Below, in pieces: positions 57,391-64,000 of a stretch of 64,000 nt of DNA. Source of the DNA: Deltaproteobacteria bacterium HGW-Deltaproteobacteria-13 (GTDB lineage Bacteria > Desulfobacterota > Syntrophia > Syntrophales > Smithellaceae). Position 1 is the stretch's first letter. Each line of letters starts with the position of its first letter. A model generated the notes under the pieces. It worked only from the letters and a program-made list of their open reading frames with translations, made no database searches and was not told the DNA's origin. The stretch lies in assembly GCA_002840555.1 (NCBI GenBank), contig PHBJ01000005.1:174045-238044 (forward strand), written 5' to 3'. Made by a program: the position numbers and the translations under genes.

Positions 57391-58743
57391 TTATTGAATC
57401 AGGTACTCCCACAAAGGACCCGTAAAACCGCGTCTGTAGAGCTTGGGCAAAATGCGTGTCGCCTTGGCTTCACCCGCGCCGATAATCCAGTTCAGACGGC
57501 CGTTGGCGTGATTTTCCACCGTCTGCATAATTTCCTGAGCGGTTATTTCCGGCGAACGGTAAAAGACGGGCGACAGGATATTTTGTTCCGCGGTAATTTG
57601 ACCCTCGCGCAGGGCGACATCATATAAAGCCGTGTGCGGGTATACGCGGACGCCGCAAAAAAAGAAGAAAACGGCCTTTTCGAGATTATCGATTCCGGCC
57701 AATGTTTTTTGCAGAGTCTCTTTGTTTTCGCCGGGCCCGCCCAGTAAAAAATAATGGGCAACATGCAATCCGGCGGCGAGCGCTTCCTGATGAGCGGCAA
57801 AAACATCGGCCCGAGCAAAAGGCTTGCGTAAGCTGGCCAGCACCTTTTCCGATAAAGACTCCGTGCCGAATTCCACATGCGTCAGTCCGGCATCCTTCAT
57901 CAGTTTAAAATAATCGGCCGGTGGAACAGTGGGAGCAAAAAAACCTCCCCATGGAATGGATACGCCCGCTCTTATAAACGCCTCCGCGACCTGCTTGCTG
58001 TGATCATAACTGGCGTTGAAGGCGGAATCGGTTATAAAAATATATTTGGCGCCCGCGTCCTGCAATTCCCGGGCGCTTTTGGCCACTTCACGCGGCGGGA
58101 AAAACCGCATCCGGCTGCCTTCAATGTGAGGATAAGTGCAGTAACTGCAATGAAAAGGGCAACCCCGTTTTGTTTGCAGGTTGAGCATGCCGCCGTAGGA
58201 CAGATAAAATCGGGCGTGAGTGCTTTCCGGATCGAAACGCCTGTTCATCGCGCCGTCATACGGTTCATAAACGACAGCCGTTTTTTCTTTTGTCAGGACG
58301 CCGGGGATCTGTTTCACATCCTCTTTTTTCTCCAGCGCATCAAGCAGCAGTGAAAATCTCTCGCCTTCGCCGGCAATGCCATAATCGGCATCCAGCGCCT
58401 GCATGAACTCAACGGGAAAAATAGTAAAACCGCTGCCGCCCAGAATTATCCGGGCCTTTGAATTCGTCCTTATCTGGCGGATCAAATTCTGATATTCGGG
58501 CAGGAATCCTTTGCAGTTTATTACATCGGTGTTATCAATATTCCTGATGGATACGCCGGCAAAATCGGGAGAAAACTCCCGGATCATCGCCTCCAGGCCC
58601 TCCGGATAGGTAAAATCGTTTAAATCCACAATTTTAGTCTGATAACGGGAATCCAGGGAACCGGCAACATAGTCCAACCCCAGCGGATATACCGGATAGG
58701 GAATTCTCAGAGTATTTGCCGAAATGAGCAGAACTTTCATCAT
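57391..58743 (-). CDS. B12-binding-domain radical SAM protein (class B), B12-rSAM-2
   Basis: MKVLLISANT...PLGLDYVAG N-terminal domain, then CPFHCSYC. Start trimmed to the ATG pair at 58743/58740. Confidence 0.75.
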   Translation of the reverse strand: MMKVLLISANTLRIPYPVYPLGLDYVAGSLDSRYQTKIVDLNDFTYPEGLEAMIREFSPDFAGVSIRNIDNTDVINCKGFLPEYQNLIRQIRTNSKARIILGGSGFTIFPVEFMQALDADYGIAGEGERFSLLLDALEKKEDVKQIPGVLTKEKTAVVYEPYDGAMNRRFDPESTHARFYLSYGGMLNLQTKRGCPFHCSYCTYPHIEGSRMRFFPPREVAKSARELQDAGAKYIFITDSAFNASYDHSKQVAEAFIRAGVSIPWGGFFAPTVPPADYFKLMKDAGLTHVEFGTESLSEKVLASLRKPFARADVFAAHQEALAAGLHVAHYFLLGGPGENKETLQKTLAGIDNLEKAVFFFFCGVRVYPHTALYDVALREGQITAEQNILSPVFYRSPEITAQEIMQTVENHANGRLNWIIGAGEAKATRILPKLYRRGFTGPLWEYLIQ

Positions 58744-58797
58744 AGGAATAACAACGCGCAAAATGCTTACAGGTCATGGTTTCGCGCAAGCTGAAAA

Positions 58798-59067
58798 TTA
58801 ACCTTTTTTCTGATTCTTGGCAATGTGAGCAGCCAGCGCGCGCACGGAAGCGAAAACTTTTACGCCCAGTTCCTTGCTTTCGATTTTAACGCCATAGTCT
58901 TTCTCAATCATCATCACCAGTTCCAGCACATCAATGGAATCAATCCCCATATCGCCGCCGACAAGTTGCGCATCATCCTTAATATCTTCGGGTCCAACGT
59001 CAATCAGCCCCAGTGTTTGAATAATTTTAACCTTAAGTTCACCAACCAGTTCTTCAATGTCACTCAT
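58798..59067 (-). CDS. Acyl carrier protein (ACP-2)
   Basis: MGIDSIDVLEL attachment motif. 89 aa. Confidence 0.8.
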   Translation of the reverse strand: MSDIEELVGELKVKIIQTLGLIDVGPEDIKDDAQLVGGDMGIDSIDVLELVMMIEKDYGVKIESKELGVKVFASVRALAAHIAKNQKKG

Positions 59068-59121
59068 TTAATACTCCTGCTCTTATATCAAAATTTCACT
59101 TTCATTTTTTGTATGAATTTT

Positions 59122-59511
59122 CTAATATTCCATTTGGTTTGCCGTAATTTTTTCAACGTCTTTCCCTAGAATTTTTTCCAGCACAATTCTCGCTAACCAT
59201 TTCCCAAGCGTTCTCGCGTAGTCGGCGCCAGTCAGGTACATTCCCAGTATCAGAAGCAACCAGGAAAAACCATAAGAAACCGGAATTCCAATAACACCAA
59301 TCAACGGTTTCTTCAACTTCACGGCGATTAATCCTATTACAAAAAATGCCGGCACGACAAAAAAAACACTTAAAATAATTAAGATAAGACCGATGATGAC
59401 CGGCAAAGTATTCTTTTCTTTTATAATGCTTAAATCAGTCTTCTCGATTATAGCGGTCCTGCAAAATTCTTTTCGGGCAAAATAAAACGCCGCTTTTTTT
59501 ATTATATTCAA
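59122..59511 (-). CDS. Small membrane protein, unknown function
   Basis: Two to three hydrophobic helices. I recognise no motif. Confidence 0.5.
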   Translation of the reverse strand: MNIIKKAAFYFARKEFCRTAIIEKTDLSIIKEKNTLPVIIGLILIILSVFFVVPAFFVIGLIAVKLKKPLIGVIGIPVSYGFSWLLLILGMYLTGADYARTLGKWLARIVLEKILGKDVEKITANQMEY

Positions 59512-59587
59512 AATATTTCCTTAAAAAAAATAAGTTAAATATTTTTCAAACGGAAATTTCGGACAAAAAAATTGATAATCGGCTTCG

Positions 59588-60178
59588 TTACCTTTCCATG
59601 ATTCCGCCGACGGAATGTTTGGAACGAAGCGGGTAATCTTTGTAGGCAATATCTTTAAAAACGCCCGTTCGCGCCTGACCGACGGTAGCAATCAATTCAT
59701 TATCAATATATATGCGCCCGTCACCAATGACTATGCTCGCGCCTGATTCCTTTAACTGCGAATAACGTCGCACATCAATTTCAAAACGGACACATTTGTT
59801 AAACGGACGAATCTGACCGTTAAAAGCGACCTCGCCGCATCCCAGCGCCCTGCCCGTCCCCAGCGAACCTTTCCAGACGCAGAAAAAACCAAGCAGTTGC
59901 CAGATCGCGTCCACGCCCAGACATCCGGGCTGTACCGGATCGCCGTGAAAGTGGCATTGAAAATACCAGGCGTCCAGCCTTATATCCTGTTCGGCAATTA
60001 TTTTACCCTTCTTCCCGTCGCTTTCAATCAATAATATGCGATCCACCATAAGAAAGGGAGGCGCAGGAAGTTTCGCGTCAAAATGTTCAGGAGGATCACC
60101 AATCAGCCTTCCGTAAGAAAAAGCGAGAAGTTCTTCGAAACTAAAATGATCACGTTTTAAAAATTCCTGATACTTCAT
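59588..60178 (-). CDS. fabA: 3-hydroxyacyl-ACP dehydratase / trans-2-cis-3 isomerase, FabA-type
   Basis: LPAPPFLMVDRI, WYFQCHFHGDPVQPGCLGVDAIWQL and GRALGCGEVAFNGQ align closely with my recollection of E. coli FabA. Confidence 0.85.
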   Translation of the reverse strand: MKYQEFLKRDHFSFEELLAFSYGRLIGDPPEHFDAKLPAPPFLMVDRILLIESDGKKGKIIAEQDIRLDAWYFQCHFHGDPVQPGCLGVDAIWQLLGFFCVWKGSLGTGRALGCGEVAFNGQIRPFNKCVRFEIDVRRYSQLKESGASIVIGDGRIYIDNELIATVGQARTGVFKDIAYKDYPLRSKHSVGGIMER

Positions 60179-60515
60179 AATAATTCTTTCTCTTTTTAGT
60201 GAACGGGAAATATTATTAATGATCTCCGGACAAAAAGTTTATTCCAGCATTGATTTGGATGCCCGGACTGCAAAAACCGCTACGAGAAATTGTAAGGCCC
60301 GATTTTCATTTTAATTTAGGTCAATTATAGGAAAAGGGTTCTTTTGTCAAAAGAAAAATGTCCCAGAAAAAGTCATCAAGAATAAAGGGCCCTAATCGGA
60401 TAAATATAAAAAGATTAATTTCTTACGCAACAATATATCTCATAAAATTTAATGGTGCTGGAATTAAAATTGGGTTATAACAGCCCCATTAAAAAAGTTA
60501 CAAAAAGGAGAACAA

Positions 60516-61202
60516 ATGAACAGAGCCGCTCTTCATAAAATCAGTTACGGTCTATATATCGTCACATCCGGGCAAGACGGTAAATTCAACGGTCAGATTG
60601 CCAACTCCATGTTTCAGGTTACATCAAATCCGGCAACCGTGGCCATCAGCATAAATAAAGAAAATTACACTCATGAACTCATTAAACTCAGCCGTAAATT
60701 TGTCGTCTCGATTCTGTCCGAAGCGGCGCCCATGACTTTCATCGGCCTTTTCGGCTTTAAAAGCGGGCGCGATGTCGATAAACTGAAAAACGTAAAAACA
60801 AAAACTGCGGTAACCGGCGTGCCCATCGTCCTGGAAAATACGGTCTCCTATATGGAAGTGGAAATGGAAAAAGAATTAGATTGCGGCACGCATACTATCT
60901 TCGTCGGCAACATTGTCGATTGCGACGTTGTGAACGACGCCGAACCTATGACTTACGCCTATTATCAAAACGTCAAAGGGGGCAAATCATCGAAAAACGC
61001 TCCTACTTATGTAAAAGATGAACCTTCCGCCGCTCCGCACAGCGCAGCCAGTTACGTTTGCAGCGTTTGCGGTTATGTTTATGATCCGGATAAAGGTGAT
61101 CCGGATAACGGCGTCGCTCCGGGAACAAAATTTGAAGATTTGCCGGAGACCTGGACATGTCCTGTCTGCGGCGCTGATAAATCGAAGTTTGAAAAAGAAT
61201 AG
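60516..61202 (+). CDS. Flavin reductase-like domain fused to a C-terminal rubredoxin (high-molecular-weight rubredoxin type)
   Basis: N-terminal flavin-reductase-like fold. C-terminal [10 protein letters not shown]...[10 protein letters not shown]. Confidence 0.8.
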   Translation: MNRAALHKISYGLYIVTSGQDGKFNGQIANSMFQVTSNPATVAISINKENYTHELIKLSRKFVVSILSEAAPMTFIGLFGFKSGRDVDKLKNVKTKTAVTGVPIVLENTVSYMEVEMEKELDCGTHTIFVGNIVDCDVVNDAEPMTYAYYQNVKGGKSSKNAPTYVKDEPSAAPHSAASYVCSVCGYVYDPDKGDPDNGVAPGTKFEDLPETWTCPVCGADKSKFEKE

Positions 61203-61247
61203 CAACAGCCTCGGATTAAATGAACCTCTCCAAAGCAAACTGCGGGG

Positions 61248-61286
61248 CCTCCCTGACCCCTCCCTCGATGGGAGGGGTCAGGGAGG
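61248..61286. repeat. Perfect 17-bp inverted repeat CCTCCCTGACCCCTCCC / GGGAGGGGTCAGGGAGG
   Basis: Read directly, 5-nt loop, 46 nt after the upstream stop codon. No U-tract. Same family as 1011-1044. Confidence 0.8.
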
Positions 61287-61421
61287 ATGAAGTACCGAAC
61301 CGCAAGTTCGTCACCCCCACCTAACCTTCCCCGTCAAGGGGGAGGGATCTAAACGATAACCCCTTGGCAAGTTTATGAGAATGCCAGTTAAAAGGATTAA
61401 AATCAGCAAATAAAATATTCC

Positions 61422-61450
61422 TTGACTTGTAGACGACCGGTCTATTATAC
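61422..61450 (+). promoter_or_regulatory. Promoter TTGACT-N17-TTATAC with an embedded TAGAC-N5-GTCTA dyad (candidate TetR operator)
   Basis: Read directly. The dyad at 61430-61444 contains the palindrome GACCGGTC. Confidence 0.4.
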
Positions 61451-61480
61451 TTCCCGGCAAATTGCAACTAAGGGGGGGGT

Positions 61481-62563
61481 ATGGATATTTACGAACGATT
61501 AAGAGAAATTCTGGATTCGCATCCGGCAACGGCGCCAAAAGCAAAATCAATCAATGAGATATTAAGCATACTTTTCACACCGGAGGAAACAGCCCTCGCC
61601 GTAAACATGAGTTTTAAAACCAAAAGCGTATCCGTCATAGCCAAGGCGGCCGGAACAACTGAAAGTGAAGCAAAGCAAAACCTGGAATCCATGGCTAATA
61701 AAGGAATTATTCTTTCCAAAAATAAAAATGGAGAAAAATTATACGCTTTGCTTCCGCTGATTCCTGGCGTGTTTGAGTTTCCCTTTATGAAAGGCGGCCA
61801 GACGCCCATGCACAAAAGACTGGGCGAGCTTTGGGAAGAATATCATCATGAGGCCCTCGGCACATCATTTTCAGGCCAACCGACTCCACTCATGAGAGTG
61901 GTTGCCGTGGAAAAATCCATTACGGCGGAAAACCGTATTCATCCGTATGAAGAGGTCAGGAATTTTATCATGGACGCGAATTACATTGCACTGACTAATT
62001 GCGCCTGCAGGGTCAGCGTGGCCAAATGTGACAAACCCAGGGAAGTCTGCCTGATTTTCGATGCAACTGGAGAATTCCTGGTCGAAAGAGGATTTGCGCG
62101 ACAGATTAGCAAGGAAGAAGGGATGAAGGTTCTTGATCAGGCGGAAGAAGCGGGGCTGGTGCATACCAGCAATAACAGTTCCGATCACGCTCTTTTGATC
62201 TGTAATTGTTGCCCCTGCTGCTGCACGGTTTTACGGGGGAGAACCCAATTAAAACATGTTCATGCCTTTGAGCCCAGCCGTTTCCTGGCGCGGGTCAAGG
62301 GTGAAGATTGCAACGGCTGCGCCATCTGCGCCGATAATCGCTGTCCGATGAAGGCGATTGAGATCAAGGACAATGTTGCCGTCATTCATGAGGCGGAGTG
62401 CATCGGCTGCGGCCTCTGTGTGACCGGCTGCCCGGCCGAAGCGATTGTTCTAAAGGAAAGAGAGCCGTTGCCTCCTCTGCCGGCCACAGTGACGGAAATG
62501 GGAGCGAAAGTCCTTCAGGAAAAAGGCAGGCTTGACGCTTTCCTGAAGATTATGCAAAGCTAG
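61481..62563 (+). CDS. 4Fe-4S dicluster domain protein with a CNCCPCCC cluster
   Basis: CNGCAICADNRCP and CIGCGLCVTGCP motifs. Paralog of 16458-17531. Confidence 0.7.
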   Translation: MDIYERLREILDSHPATAPKAKSINEILSILFTPEETALAVNMSFKTKSVSVIAKAAGTTESEAKQNLESMANKGIILSKNKNGEKLYALLPLIPGVFEFPFMKGGQTPMHKRLGELWEEYHHEALGTSFSGQPTPLMRVVAVEKSITAENRIHPYEEVRNFIMDANYIALTNCACRVSVAKCDKPREVCLIFDATGEFLVERGFARQISKEEGMKVLDQAEEAGLVHTSNNSSDHALLICNCCPCCCTVLRGRTQLKHVHAFEPSRFLARVKGEDCNGCAICADNRCPMKAIEIKDNVAVIHEAECIGCGLCVTGCPAEAIVLKEREPLPPLPATVTEMGAKVLQEKGRLDAFLKIMQS

Positions 62564-62590
62564 AAAGAAAATTTATAAGAGAAAGCAGCC

Positions 62591-63178
62591 ATGGCACGAA
62601 ACGACACTCGTGAAAAGATTATCATCAAGGGTGCGGAGCTGATTTACGCACAGGGCTTCAATGCCACCGGCCTTCAGCAGATTTTACAGGCGGCGGGCAT
62701 TCCCAAGGGATCTTTTTATTTTTATTTCAAAAACAAAGAAGATTTCGGAGCGGCCGTCATCGATTATTTCAATGCGATGATCAGCGGCATTTTCACGCGT
62801 CATTTGAATGACAGTAAAATGCCGCCCCTGAAAAGACTGGAAAAATTATTCGAGACTTTTGAATCCATCTTTCAGAAAAGCGGCTATACCCTGGGATGCC
62901 CCATAGGAAACCTGTCTCTGGAGCTTGCCGATACCAATGAAAGACTGCGTATCAAGCTGGAAAGTGTGATCGAAAAGCTCATCGCACATATAGAATCATG
63001 CCTGAAGGAAGCTCAGCGCGGCAAATCAATTCCGGCCGGTCTGAATACGGCGGATACCGCTCATTTCATATTTCATGGATTTGAAGGAGCTGTTTTGAAT
63101 ATGAAAGTTGTAAAAAGCGTTGAACCTTTCCGTGTTTTCCGGAACTGTATGTTTGGATATCTTGACAACATCAAATAA
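62591..63178 (+). CDS. TetR/AcrR-family transcriptional regulator
   Basis: N-terminal HTH GFNATGLQQILQAAGIPKGSFYFYFKNKEDF. Confidence 0.85.
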   Translation: MARNDTREKIIIKGAELIYAQGFNATGLQQILQAAGIPKGSFYFYFKNKEDFGAAVIDYFNAMISGIFTRHLNDSKMPPLKRLEKLFETFESIFQKSGYTLGCPIGNLSLELADTNERLRIKLESVIEKLIAHIESCLKEAQRGKSIPAGLNTADTAHFIFHGFEGAVLNMKVVKSVEPFRVFRNCMFGYLDNIK

Positions 63179-63227
63179 GCCATTAAATCACATAAGTACC
63201 ATTTTTAACATTTCTATTATTATTTAA

Positions 63228-63256
63228 TTGACATATCCTCCGGGCAATCTTATATT
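63228..63256 (+). promoter_or_regulatory. Sigma70-like promoter, TTGACA-N17-TATATT
   Basis: Read directly. Confidence 0.5.
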
Positions 63257-63283
63257 TTAAAGAAAATAAGGGGTTTGACGATC

Positions 63284-63754
63284 ATGCAAACAAAAGTCCT
63301 TTCAGGTTTGTTCATTGGTTTTAGTCTTGCCTTGATCATTCTTCACGGACAGCAGGTTCAAGCCACTCTGGGCGAATCAGTCGATTCGGTCGCGGTGAAT
63401 CAGAAGGTTCTCCCGGTATTAAGAAGTTCCGTAAAAACATCATCGAACTATACCGTTCACGAATTCCAGTCCGAGGCGGCGACCATCCGTGAATACGTTT
63501 CACCTTCAGGCATTGTCTTCGGCATCGCCTGGACCGGCATGACTCAACCGGATTTGACGCCTCTTCTTGGAACTTATGCTGCCGAACACAAGAAGGCATT
63601 GAGCCACGTCAAGCGGCAGCCGGGACGCAGATACCTCAAGATTAAATCAGATAATGTCGTCGTGGAAAAATGGGGACATATGAGAAAAATGCAGGGCCGC
63701 GCCTACGCGCCGGCTTTGATGCCGCAAGGGGTCAGCATTGATGAAATTAAATAA
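63284..63754 (+). CDS. Exported hypothetical protein
   Basis: Signal-peptide-like N-terminus. ATG 63284 follows AAGGGG. The ORF-track start at 63275 is a TTG. Confidence 0.5.
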   Translation: MQTKVLSGLFIGFSLALIILHGQQVQATLGESVDSVAVNQKVLPVLRSSVKTSSNYTVHEFQSEAATIREYVSPSGIVFGIAWTGMTQPDLTPLLGTYAAEHKKALSHVKRQPGRRYLKIKSDNVVVEKWGHMRKMQGRAYAPALMPQGVSIDEIK

Positions 63755-64000
63755 ACTGTCCTTTTTTATTTTGATTCCTTTACTGATCATGAGCTGTAGC
63801 GGAGGCGGAAGCGGAGGCGGATCGAGCACACCTGCCGCAACACTTACCTCTATTGCCATAACGCCGGTAAATCCAAGTATTGGCAAGGGCGCGACGCAGC
63901 AATTCATTGCCACCGGCACCTATTCAGACAACTCTACGAAAATTATCACCACTTCCGTGACCTGGAGTTCATCCGATACAAACGTCGCGACAATCGGCAG
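63741..64000 (+). CDS. Lipoprotein with a bacterial Ig-like (Big_2-type) domain, partial; runs off the window end
   Basis: Absent from the ORF track because it has no stop in the window. [19 protein letters not shown] lipobox, a Gly/Ser linker, then [40 protein letters not shown]. Confidence 0.65.
   Translation, partial: MKLNKLSFFILIPLLIMSCSGGGSGGGSSTPAATLTSIAITPVNPSIGKGATQQFIATGTYSDNSTKIITTSVTWSSSDTNVATIG

Noticed and set aside
47049-60178. Assigning the lipid cluster to aryl-polyene, PUFA-synthase, hopanoid or standard fab operon types.
   Set aside because: There is no ammonia lyase, KR, LolA-like or MMPL genes (aryl polyene). There are no multidomain Pfa proteins. There is no squalene-hopene cyclase or hpn genes. 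There are no fabD, fabG, fabI or accBC genes. Four radical SAM genes are foreign to all of these types.
1-64000. Mobile elements, prophage, defence systems, tRNA/rRNA genes and CRISPR arrays.
   Set aside because: I saw no transposase, integrase, recombinase, restriction-modification, toxin-antitoxin or Cas-like ORFs, and no tRNA-like or rRNA-like sequence. Only small non-coding repeat families are present.

Overview
The window is almost entirely coding. I saw no rRNA, tRNA, CRISPR array, transposase, integrase or phage genes. Gene content suggests an anaerobic, Deltaproteobacteria-like organism (sulfate-reducer or syntroph type): ADP-forming acetyl-CoA synthetase, cytochrome bd, a flavin reductase-rubredoxin fusion, UGA-selenocysteine use. 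This taxonomic placement is inference only.

Main blocks:
1. 3.2-11.8 kb (-): a complete, translationally coupled aromatic amino acid operon (DAHP synthase, aroB, pheA, aroD/E fusion, aroA, aroK, aroC, tyrA). A terminator-type leader sits in front of it.
2. 12-29 kb: housekeeping and fatty-acid genes, and thiM-thiE behind a TPP riboswitch. This block also holds a MerR-type regulator next to a MerB-like (alkylmercury-lyase family) gene. The ORF track splits that gene into pieces at two in-frame TGA codons. Both TGAs fall where I recall the MerB catalytic cysteines, and each is followed by a SECIS-like hairpin, so I call it a two-selenocysteine protein.
3. 29-43 kb: mixed accessory genes, including cydAB next to a rubredoxin-like membrane protein and an exported SOR-fold-like protein.
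4. 43-60 kb (-): the most unusual region. It is a roughly 17 kb co-directional lipid-type cluster: FabA, two ACPs, two ketosynthases, a FabZ-like and a PKS-type dehydratase, a thioesterase, four radical SAM enzymes (two B12-binding class B, two HpnH-like), a NodB deacetylase, PlsY, and two tandemly duplicated polytopic GT-C-like membrane proteins. It has no ketoreductase, enoyl reductase or acyltransferase.

Several families of small palindromic or heptameric repeats occupy the few intergenic gaps inside operons.
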